Source of the DNA: Oikopleura dioica
Lineage: Eukaryota; Animalia; Chordata
DNA: 64,000 nucleotides
NCBI GenBank assembly: GCA_907165135.1
Contig: OU015569.1
Span: 12,462,001-12,526,000 of the forward strand
Reading direction: 5' to 3'
Made by a program: the position numbers and the translations under genes. The notes under the pieces were generated by a model. The model was not told the DNA's origin. It saw only the letters and a program-made list of their open reading frames with translations, and made no database searches. Below are positions 36,074 to 46,912 of the stretch, in pieces; within the stretch, counting starts at the first letter, position 1, and every line of letters begins with the position of its first letter.

Positions 36074-39000
36074 ATGAATTACAACAATTGGATAGGCGGT
36101 ATGCCGGATCCGAGCTTTCTCGACACAGATTCCATCCACCTCGATGATCTGTTCATCCAAAGCCAAGCTCTCAAGATCGAAGCTGGAACTAGCAAATCAA
36201 AGGTACCAAAGCAGTTTTTTTTCCTCTCGGAAACCCATGCTTGCGCAAATCGCCAAAACCATCATTTTTTTCTCAGGATGACGACAGTGGCATTTCCACG
36301 GGTTTAAACTCCGATGCCGGAGCCAGCTCGCCCGAGTCCGCCACTTTCCCCGACACAACTCCTCTCCTTTCGATCAAGCAAGAAGCCACTGAAAGTTTAC
36401 AAATGGGGATGCCTCTGCCCGCCCTTTCCTCGCCCGAAACATCTGGCCAGCTTTCCGACAGCTACTACAGCAACCATTCCAGCTCGCCGGAAGCCGAACG
36501 CACTGGATCCAAGAAAACAGCGTACAACGAAAAGTGGGGCGTCAAAGTACTCAAAGGTAAAGCCAGATCAAATTATTCAATTTTTCGAATAGAAAAATAG
36601 AAAGAAAGAAAGAATGCTGATTTAGACAGCTCAACCGTTCGGTTGTCGCGCTCTGAAATTTTAATGGCGAGAATCAAAATTGACGTCAGCTCAGTTAATT
36701 TTTAAAAGCGCTACTTTTTTTTAACTTACTAATTTTCAAAAAGGGCTGGGAATTTTTACGATATTTGGAATTTCTATTTCTGCTATTATTTCCGTTATTT
36801 GTGTGTTTTGGTTTTCCCTGGTGACCCGGTTGTTCATGTCCGAACGTCAAACATACAGTCAGCTACAGTCAGGCTTAGTGAGCTGCTCAGCCAACCGTTC
36901 CTCCGCCCCCCTTGACTTTGGTAATTAACAAAAACAGGATTTTTCCCTCGTTTCAGTTTCGCACCGTCAGGTTCGAGGTCAAACCCGGGATTTGTCAATC
37001 AGAGTGATTTTGGTTTAGCAAAGCACCTGGCTTCTTTTAGCGCCTCTTCCTGACCATGACCACTCGCACTGTTTTTGCTATTTTGGCGCTAGTTTTTCGC
37101 TATTGTGGAAAAACCATGCTGAAAATGTCTAATCACGCGCCCTCTTTGTTTTTGTTGATTAGGTCAATTTTCCCTCGGTCAAGTTTTTTTTCTTCTTTTT
37201 CGAAGAAATTCAATTGCCTTTCGTTTTTTTCGCTTCACGTTCAGAGCAGGGTTAAGGCTCTCGTTCCAAATATGGTGTAATGCGATAACAAGTGATGTCA
37301 TGGCGCTGGGCCAAGACTGATAGCGGTCCAGCTCAGCAGGGGATGTAATTTACAACCCCCCGCGCGGTAGCAGCTCTTTCTTCCTTTTTTCTTAGAGCTA
37401 CCCTTAATTTTAAACGGGTAACTTATGTAACCGAAATTTAAGGGGCTACCTATCCTTATTGATCATTTCATGATTTCTGCAAATTTAAAGAGGGAGAGCC
37501 TTAATGTTCTCTTAAAAAAGGGCAATTTTTAGCGCGAAAATTAACGAGGTGCATCCCCTTAATTAATCTCAAAATCCGTATAGATATAGTAAAATAGCTC
37601 GTATTCTTCTTTCTGTGAAGAGGTAATCTTCAGACTAAATTTCCCCATCCATAGCGTTTCCGATTTGAAGATAGTATGAATTCTGAATAATGGAATTATT
37701 CATCCGTTCGATCATCTTCTTCGTTTAATTTATATATTAACAAATTCTTTACGAAAGCATTTTTTCCCACGAGCTCGGCCCTCCTCCTCCCCGCTTCTTT
37801 TCTTCTTAGACGAGTCTCCCGCTCGGGAGCCGCTGCGGGAGACGCTTGCGAGTGTGGTGATAAGCGCTTGCGCCATGCAGGAGCAGCGGCGGATGGTGGA
37901 GACGCCTTCGCGCGCGCTAAAAGAGGGCTACTAGCCTCAGTTTTACTTAGACACGTTTGGCGCAACGTGGCGCCGCTGCTCTCTGAAGGGAACCTCGCTG
38001 CCACCACCGTCTTCGCGGAAATTTGAGTGATTGCGAAATTCCAACAACAAAAATATCGCGAAAAACAGTTCAAACATTTTTTCGTGACACTAACACAATA
38101 CAACAAGAATTTTTTCTTTAAAAATCGGAGCCATAAAGATCGATTTGCGGCTATATTTTTAAAGAAGCCGCTGTGCGGCTTTTTATTTGAGCTGTTCAGA
38201 ACCTGACTCAGGTTTTCAAGGCGAGGATGAGATATTCTATTTTTCGGCTGAAAAAATCTGTTGAACAAAATTAGTAATAGAATTGAATGAAATTAGGATT
38301 TAAATCTGGATGAGCCTAAAATTAAGGATTATTTTATTCATGAGACCGGGAAGGATTAATCCACAGTATGAAATAAAAATGCTTTTTGTTCCGTTTTACG
38401 GTTTCTTGAATATTCTCACTTCATACCTATAATTACTCCTCTCGGCGGATAAAAATCGACAAATTTTGACTTTGATTATCAAAAATTTTCGCCGAGTTTG
38501 TGTTCTAAGAAAAGGGTTGTATCGCTCGGGCGGCTTCCTGGAACCTTCTTGCGATTTCTTCAATTAAGCACGGAGGTGTTGCTCTCGCGCGCCCCCTGAG
38601 CACTCACCACACTTGGATGAGATAACTGGACTCATTTGAATGACAATTACTCGCCTCAGCCCCCAAATCTCGGCTTCTTTCTTTGGCCCAAAATAACTTA
38701 AGGACCTAACTTTCTTTTCTTTCTCAAATATTTTCATAAAACATAAATCTTACATAATCTTTCAGCCTGGGCAATTGAAAATGGAGAGCAGTCAGACTTC
38801 GAAAACCTGCCGCCAGATGAGCTCAACAACATCCTCGCCAAGTTCTGGTCAGAGGTCAGAAAGTCAAACGGCGATTACTACGGAAGAAACTCGCTTTTCA
38901 ACCTTCGAGCCATGATCAACAAGCATCTCAAAGGTAACAGAAAAGAACAAGAATCGATGAGCAGTTTGAATGCCAATTTCGGCGATTTCAAGGGGAGGTG

Positions 39001-41411
39001 TCTGGAACCGACAAAAATTTCGACAAATTTTGTGTGGAAATTGTCAACCAATCAGAAGCCTAGATTCGGTCCATCGGCCAATCAGAAGCCGAGTAGCCGC
39101 CCACGCAAATTTTGTCAAAATTCTTTTGTCGGTTCTAGACACTATCCCGATTTTAGCCGTTTTTCATCGAAACAGTCTTTATTGTAGTGAAACCCTTATT
39201 TTGTATCATCAAATGAATCTTTCATCAACTGTCTTTTCTGAATTTTGAAGGTCAAAATTTCAAATTCAAACGAAATTTTTGACAAAATTCTTCACCAAAA
39301 ATCTTCTTTCTTTGAGTTCGATCGTTTCTTAACTTGTTTCTTTTCAGGAAAGCCATACTGTGTCCCCTTCGACATCGTGACTGACGAGCGATTCCGAACT
39401 TCAAACGAGCGACTGGAGAAGCAACTCAAGCTCTTGAAGGGCATCGGCCGAACAATCACGCACAAGCAACCGATCAGCATTGGCGATCTTCGAAGAATGT
39501 ACGACTCAGGCGTCCTCGGCACGTCTAATCCTCTTTCCCTCCTCAGAAAGGTAACAAATCCCCCTCACTATCCCGCTAACTTCTTCCTTTTCCAGGTCTG
39601 GTTCGAAATCACACTTCATTTCTGCCACAAAGGATCAGAAAGCCAAGAAAAACTTCTCAAATCTTCATTCGAGGTAAAGCCGAAAAATCCAACTTACAGT
39701 CAACTAACTGTTGTTTTTTGTAGATTTACAGAGATGCATCTGGAAGAGCATACGTTTCTCGAGGGCGACCGCATCAGAATCGGGGCGAAATTGACGACGT
39801 AAGTTTTTAAACCCTGACTCAGGATTTCAATACAGGTTGCTAAGCCTTTCGTAGCTCTGAATTGATATGTTTTGATGGATTCTAACAGATTTCTTTCTAG
39901 GTTCGAATGTACGAGACTGGAGGCGATCTCTGTCCAGTAAAGTCTTACCAACTTTACCTGATGAAATTGCACCCACTCCAGCCGCGTCTCTTCCAACAGC
40001 CCCGACGCAAGGCGACCCCGACTCGCCCATGTGGTACGGCAAGGCGCCGATCGGAGAGAAGGCTCTGCAGCAAATGATGGCCAATATTTCTGGTTTCTAC
40101 CCGCTCACAAAACTCACAAAACACATCATTCCATACGACATCGTGGGAGACTCCAGAGATCCCTGCGATGTGGTATTTCGTCTAGATAGGAGGCCCGGGG
40201 ACCAGTGTAGCCACTCCTCGTTGTTTTCGCTCTTTGGGAAAATCGCAAGCGTTTCTGTGCGCTTGGTGGCGGTGTCCGAGTTTTGGAAAAGCGTGAACTG
40301 ACACCGACCAAGGCCGGACACCACCACCTCCACAGAAAACCAGCTGCTGGGGCACAATTTCCACAACAGCTTGATTCTCCCGAGCGTTCACTTTCACTGC
40401 CTCCGCCCGGGCTTACTTGAGACGATGCTTTTGTCGAAAAATATTTTGAGATTTCACGAATTCATTTCATTTCATTTTTTGACGGCGAAACTTAAACTTT
40501 TTTGTTTAACACTTTTTTAGCCGCCGCCAAGTTGTCGAAGCGATACACCAACCACTGCGTTCGCACCACCGCGCTGGAGCAGTTTTCGACGAGCAGACGA
40601 GTTCGACCCGCCCAGAGCAGCTCGGTCGGCAGCTCACCGAATAGTAGTCCTAAGATTAGCTCCCCAGAACAGTCGCCTAACTCGCGAACGAGTCCTACTG
40701 TCAGTCAAAGCCCACAGATGTCGCCAAGACAATCTCTTCAGGTAAAAACATCAGCACTTTCATTTTCGATTTTGCAAGTGAAAACCACTTTTTTGCGCCT
40801 AAAAATTGAGCTACAGTGAAACTAACATCAAAATTCTAGCTGAAGGCGGCGCAACAAGCCGCCCAGTACCAGCAGTCTCTCCAAGCCTACGCTCAGAACC
40901 AGATCATGGAGCACAGTTTGAATCAAATGAAGCAGAACATCTCGCAGTTGAACTCGTTCCTGGCGCCGCAGTCCGCTTCCTCGCACTCGATCAACCCGCT
41001 GAGCTCGATTGGCTCCGATCCTCTCTACGACGCGCCACCAGCCACGCCGGTCTACCACGCTGACGACGAGGCCGCTCCCTCTCCCACGTGAGCGCGAATC
41101 ACGGTGGCATGAACTCGCCGACGAACGTCTCCTTCGACAGCGGCGCCAGCTCGCCCAACAGCCGCGCTTCTTCCGAGCACCGCGACTCGATCTGCAAAAT
41201 CTCCTCCGAAGACCTTTTGAACTTCCAGGCTTCGGCCGAGGCGCAGGCCTTGATGCTCCAGTCGCTCAACAGCCTCCAGCCCCAGGACATCCAGGAGCGC
41301 ATCCAAGCAATGGGCTCCCTCTTCGGCCTCGACTCCGACCCATTCGCCATCAATTTGAAGCACATCTCGTCGCTCAGCGGACTCGGCTCCGGCTCCCCCG
41401 TCTCTTGCTGA
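36074..41411 (+). CDS. DUF3504 / Crypton tyrosine-recombinase-derived protein (ZMYM/QRICH1/KCTD1-type domain) with S/P/Q-rich termini; 9 exons; two apparent 1-bp frameshifts
   Basis: KKTAYNEKWGVKVLK|AW..ELNNILAKFWSEVRKSNGDYY..SLFNLRAMINKHLK; GTSNPLSLLRK|VWFEITLHFC; LCPVKSYQLYL; MWYGKAPIGEKALQQMM; YTNHCVRTTA. Frame breaks at about 40017 and 41078. Confidence 0.8.
38993..39148. mobile_element. MITE family C (carries two CCAAT boxes), intronic copy
   Basis: gtctggaaccgacaaaaatttcgacaaattttg ... caaattttgtcaaaattcttttgtcggttctagac; second copy at 60129-60305. Confidence 0.75.
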
Positions 41412-42285
41412 AAACGGCGATTTGAAACGTTCTCCTCCTTGATTTCAGAATCGAAGTCGAAATCAAAAACCAAAAAACAACCATCCTTATCACCTTTCTA
41501 CTCTTCATTCACAGTGTTATAGGTTCACTCCTTTCCGAATCTAAAATTCTAATTCTAATTCTAAAATTCGCAGCCAATTTTTTCTTCTTACCAATTTCAA
41601 CTCTAAAAATAACGACTACACAAATTTTGAAATTTAAAATTTCCGAATTCTGAAAACCCCTAAAAGTGCCTTTTTTCTTTATTTTTTTTTTCTATTTAAA
41701 AATGTTTCTGAAAGTTCGTTCAAAAAAGCTAGAATCTCCGAGTTTTAGCGATTTATTTATTATTTCCCCTTTTATTTTATTTTCATCCTTTTTTGTTTTT
41801 GATATTTTTGCGACCCTAATTCTACTATTTAACGTATGTAACTATGATTTTTTCTTGTAAATAGCCACAACTGCCGCCTTTTGAACCCAAAAGTAGGCCG
41901 CGATTTGGAACAGAAAAATGCCAAAAAAGAACCGAAAATCGGGCATAATTTCGCGCGTTCCAAATGCCTACCGAAAGGGTGTTTCTGCGACCCTAGCCTA
42001 AACCAAACCTAAAAAAGAAAAACGCGTATAACGTAAGAGTTAAACACAAAGAGTCGAGTTTTCGCGAAAGTACAAAAAGTACAATTCTGAATCGATTATA
42101 AAAACAACAACAACTACTGTACAAACTGTAAAGACAACCAAATAAAATACTTTTATAGACTATTCACTGTTATTTTTGATTGACAAAAAATGCTAAAATA
42201 TGTTTCTTATTTCAAGAAAAATTGACATAAAGTCCTCAATCGGTCTTCAGTTGAGCTTAAGGGATCCCCTCCCGATTTGAAAAAT
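40988..42285 (+). repeat. 1.3-kb direct repeat, copy 1 (last exon, 3' UTR and flank of the DUF3504 gene)
   Basis: Aligns by eye from cgatcaacccg to gggatcccctcccgatttgaaaaat with 45566-46841. Confidence 0.92.
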
Positions 42286-42443
42286 GCCATCGAGAGCTTT
42301 TCTGTGATAAAAAATGCTGAAATACGACTTTTTAACTACTTTTTTTAACGATGCAGCGCACGGATTCTCATCTGACCCGGCAACACATTATTCAGAAGAG
42401 TTAGCTCTCAGAAAACTTTGTAAGAAAATATAACTTTTCGAAA

Positions 42444-44933
42444 ATGCCGAAGGTAACGGGGCATCCAGAAGAATTGACAAAAGAGGTCATTAAGAACTGG
42501 CTTGACGGTTTTCATATGCTTTTGAAGAGAAAAACAACGAGGGACGATTTGGACAGACTTATCTTGTCCGTCGAGAGAATGGAGATTGAAGATGTTTATG
42601 GTGGTAAATGGAAAGAGGTTACTTTTGAGGATGGAGAAGGCAAAATTGATTTCCCTCCAGAAAAGTGGACTGTCACTAAATTTCAAAAGAAAATTCTTGA
42701 GCGAAATCCAGATTTAAAAGGAAAAAAACTTGAGCGATCGAAGTTAAAAAGAGAAGAGGGAGAATGGATTCTTGATCCGACTTTGGAGGAGAAAAAAATA
42801 AAAGCTGGCGGAGAAGCAATTATCTTAAACGAAACTTTTGGGAAGTTGGATGTCGCCATTCGAGTCCAATGTTTCGATCCGGCCCTTTTTACGAAGGAGT
42901 TTCCAGAAGCTTCGAATAATGAGCGATTAATTAAGAACTCGGATGAGCTCCATTTTAAAATTCATCTTTCAGGAGGTAATTTAATTAATTGAACTTCGAA
43001 GCTAGAAAAATAAAAATTCAGACTGCGAAGTTGCAGAAAACAAATATGGAAACGACAGTGCGATCCCGTTTCATAAAAATGTCATAAAGAATTTCTCAAA
43101 TATTGAGATTTTCTTGAAGGAAGATATAGAGAAACAGGACTGTCTTGGCTGGATAACAGTCATGGAGAAATGTGATGGTGATTTGAGAACACGGCTAAGA
43201 GGAAACAGTTTGAAAATAGAAGAGAGAAAAGAAATAGCAAAAGGAGTCATGGAGGGATTAAACTATTTGGAAGACGTAGGGATCCGACATCTTGATGCGA
43301 AACCGGAGAATGTTCTCCTAAAAAAGGGAGACTCTGGTATTGTACCCGTGTGGACAGATTTCGGCATCATCGAAGTAGACTCAAAAAGCGAGAAATTTCG
43401 ACAAATGGGTTATACAAGGAGAGGCGACAAATTTAGTTTGGCCCAATACATTGGTTGGTTTAATTTTCATATCATGAAAAAAATAATCCTCCGATTTTTT
43501 TAGGGGCAGGTACACCGGCTTTTACGCAAATTCATCAGTTGGTCAGTAGAGCCAGTGGTAGCGGAACACCTGAGTTTCCAGTGCACATTTGGACCCTTTG
43601 TGACTGGAAAACCGCCTGGAGTCTTTTGTTTATGCCAATTGAAACGGAGGAAAAAAGATTAGAAATCGAAAAAGAGCTCAAGGTACTATATTTCGATAAA
43701 AAAGCGAAGAATTGACTTGTATAATATCTTTAATCTTATTATTTTAGTCTGGCACGGCGGAATGGTTCTTCTCAGAAAACCCGTCAATCGAAGAAATCAA
43801 TAGCGTTTCAGAAATAATTTCCTTGAAAGACACTTCATTTGATTACGCTCTCGATTCAGATCTAACGACATCGAAAGACGTCGCGTATTGGAAGGCTCAA
43901 TACACGAAGCAAATGAACAAAGACTTTGATAATCTGACGCAGAATATTGTCGACCAAAAAGACACGAATCTTTGTGTCCCAATTTCAGTCAGTACTCTTC
44001 TCAGATGGGCACTCAAAAATGACTTGGGTATAGACGATGATACAATGGAAGAATCTTTTACTATAGAAAGAGTTTTGACAGCAATCACAATGATTGTTTA
44101 TCCCCGCAGCTTGGCCGGATTGACTCTCAATCCCAAAAAAGGAGAGCAGTCTTTTCAACACAATGAAATCGAAACGCTTCTCAAAAGACTCAAGTTCAAA
44201 ACTTATTTTCATCCAACTGGCTGGGACATGATCGACGAATTAAAGCGATCACGAGCTGATTTCGATTTTGAACAAGGTAAGGTCACATTATCACTCGTTT
44301 TCCAGAACTTTTCATTGATAAGTGCCACTTCACCAATATTTTAACTTTATCCGTCCGCTGACAGTCACCGGCGCTTTTATGAGGCCCAACGGAACTGTCT
44401 TGATACACCAAATGCTGCTCGACCGAGTTGAAAACTATAAATACGTTCTCCAAAATACTCTCATCAAGAAGTCTGGATCTAAAAATTTCAAAAATCAAAT
44501 CGAAATTCCACTCGACCAACCATACTACGCTTCTTTCGAAATGATGGAAGATTCCTATGCTTTGTACAAGGACTTTGTTTTTTGTGCTGATAACGGCATG
44601 GTCCTAGGAAGATTAGTAAATGAAAACTTCAGCATGAAGAGTGGAACATGGTATCTTCTTCCTCAAGCTTATTCAATCACTTTGAGTTACAAGCCTGCGA
44701 TAGCAACTGCAATCGAAAATTTAAAAGCGGTAAAATTTAATATCAATAATAATGAGAAATTACTCTTTAATTTTGCGATTTAGAAGGGGTTTGAAAAAGG
44801 AAAAGTAATATACGCTGCTACAGTCTACAATGGTGATGAAGAAAGAGCGCTGAGATACTTACGTACCGGTCGCTCGAAGTACCTGAAAGAAGAAAAGTAT
44901 TTTTCAAATACGAATTCAATTCATTTCAACTGA
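42444..44933 (+). CDS. Divergent protein kinase - papain-like cysteine protease - UBA-like fusion protein, about 742 aa, 6 exons
   Basis: Exons 42444-42975, 43022-43453, 43504-43682, 43748-44276, 44323-44729, 44784-44933 join in frame (2229 nt). Kinase: AGGEA, VAIR, VMEKC, HLDAKPENVLL, DFG. Protease: DQKDTNLCVPIS and HQMLL..YVLQNT. UBA: IENLKA|KGFEKGKVIYAATVYNGDEERALRYL. Confidence 0.8.
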
Positions 44934-45555
44934 TTTCTTTAACGAAAAAACTGACTATTTTAACACCCCTCGGGGGTATTTTATGAAAAAAAAAACATTA
45001 ACAAAAACTTACAGAATATTTAACCCGTTGAATTTTACTTGAGGAATTTGCCTGTTAAAATGTTAAAATAAATTACTAAAATATGATAATGACTATTCAT
45101 TTGAAAAAGTTCTCTTGTGATTTATTGGTTTGAATCGTTAAATGACATCTGGAGATAAATGAGTTCGTTTATTGCAGGCTTAACGTTTTCGGAACAGAAA
45201 TTCCATCATCAGAGCAAGTTGCTTGTATGAAAAATTTGACGATCTTTGAAATTTTTCAAAAATTAGGGTTGAAGTGGGGGTGTCTCCTGACCAAAAAATC
45301 TCGAAAACCGAGTTTTTTTTTCTTCGTCAAATATAATTTATAAATAGTTTAGACTCTAAACTTTAGACCTTTAAAAATTAACCGGCGATCAAAAAATTAA
45401 GGGTAACTTTGATAAATTTTTTTTTCTTATTGATTAAAAATATTCGATTTTCGTCAAAATCGATATTTTTAGCAATTTTTTCATGGAAATTTCTACAAAA
45501 ATTACAAAGACTAGGATTTTTTTAAGAATAATTAGTCAAAAATAATTTTAAAACA

Positions 45556-45990
45556 ATGCCTAGTGCGATCAACCCGTTGAGCTCGATTGGCTCCGATCCT
45601 CTCTACGACGCTCCACCAGCAACGCCGGTCTACCACGCTGACGACGAGGCCGCTCCCCTCTCCCACGTGAGCGCTAACCACGGCGGCATGAACTCGCCGA
45701 CGAACGTCTCCTTCGACAGCGGCGCCAGCTCGCCCAACAGCCGCGCTTCTTCGGAGCACCGCGACTCGATCTGCAAAATCTCCTCCGAAGACCTTTTGAA
45801 CTTCCAGGCTTCGGCCGAGGCGCAGGCCTTGATGCTCCAGTCGCTCAACAGCCTCCAGCCCCAGGACATCCAGGAGCGCATCCAAGCAATGGGCTCCCTC
45901 TTCGGCCTCGACTCCGACCCATTCGCCATCAATTTGAAGCACATCTCGTCGCTTAGCGGACTCGGCTCCGGCTCCCCCGTCTCTTGCTGA
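45556..45990 (+). CDS. 144-aa ORF formed from the duplicated DUF3504 last exon plus a new upstream ATG
   Basis: aaaacaATGcctagtg joined to the duplicated sequence; open frame; peptide identical to the parent C-terminus. Confidence 0.4.
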   Translation: MPSAINPLSSIGSDPLYDAPPATPVYHADDEAAPLSHVSANHGGMNSPTNVSFDSGASSPNSRASSEHRDSICKISSEDLLNFQASAEAQALMLQSLNSLQPQDIQERIQAMGSLFGLDSDPFAINLKHISSLSGLGSGSPVSC

Positions 45991-46841
45991 AAACGGCGTT
46001 CTCCTCCTTGATTTCAGAATCGAAGTCGAAATCAAAAACCAAAAAGCAACCATCCTTATCACCTTTCTACTCTTCATTCACAGTGTTATAGGTTCACTCC
46101 TTTCCGAATCTAAAATTCTAATTCTAAAAATTCGCAGCCAATTTTTTCTTCTTACCAATTTCAACTCTAAAAATAACGACTACACAAATTTTGAAATTTA
46201 AAATTTCCCTAAAAATCCCTAAAAGTGCCTTTTTTCCTTATTTTTTTTCTATTTAAAAATGTTTCTGAAAGTTCGTTCAAAAAGCTAGAATCTCCGAGTT
46301 TTAGCGATTTATTTATTATTTCCCCTTTTATTTTATTTTCATCCTTTTTTGTTTTTGATATTTTTGCGACCCTAATTCTACTATTTAACGTATGTAACTA
46401 TGATTTTTTCTTGTAAATAGCCACAACTGCCGCCTTTTGAACCCAAAAGTAGGCCGCGATTTGGAACAGAAAAATGCCAAAAAAGAACCGAAAATCGGGC
46501 ATAATTTCGCGCGTTCCAAATGCCTACCGGAAGGGTGTTTCTGCGACCCTAGCCTAAACCAAACCTAAAAAAGAAAAACGCGTATAACGTAAGAGTTAAT
46601 CACAAAGAGTCGAGTTTTCGCGAAAGTACAAAAAGTACAATTCTGAATCGATTATAAAAACAACAACAACTACTGTACAAACTGTAAAGACAACCAAATA
46701 AAATACTTTTATAGACCATTCACTGTTATTTTTGATAGACGAAAAATGCTAAAATATGTTTCTTATTTGAAGAAAAAGTGACATAAAGTCCTCAATCAGT
46801 CTCCCGTTGAGCTTAAGGGATCCCCTCCCGATTTGAAAAAT
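45566..46841 (+). repeat. 1.3-kb direct repeat, copy 2
   Basis: Matches 40988-42285 with scattered substitutions and small indels. Confidence 0.92.
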
Positions 46842-46912
46842 CAATGAGGAGGTTACTTTCTATGTATATTTTTTTCTCAGCAAACATTAAGGATTATTGC
46901 TTTGATACAGTT

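Noticed and set aside
40093-40520. Hairpin (acatcg.ggga...tccc..cgatgt) and exon-like sequence in a DUF3504 intron
   Set aside because: Short stem that could arise by chance; no consistent splice phase or snoRNA box motifs found.
36074-41411. Autonomous Crypton transposon
   Set aside because: Lacks the first catalytic Arg and the C-terminal His/Tyr, has long low-complexity tails, and no element termini were seen.
41052-46077. Several minus-strand ORFs in both repeat copies (e.g. 41052-41363, 45532-46077)
   Set aside because: Antisense to the DUF3504 last exon; the synonymous substitution pattern supports the plus frame.
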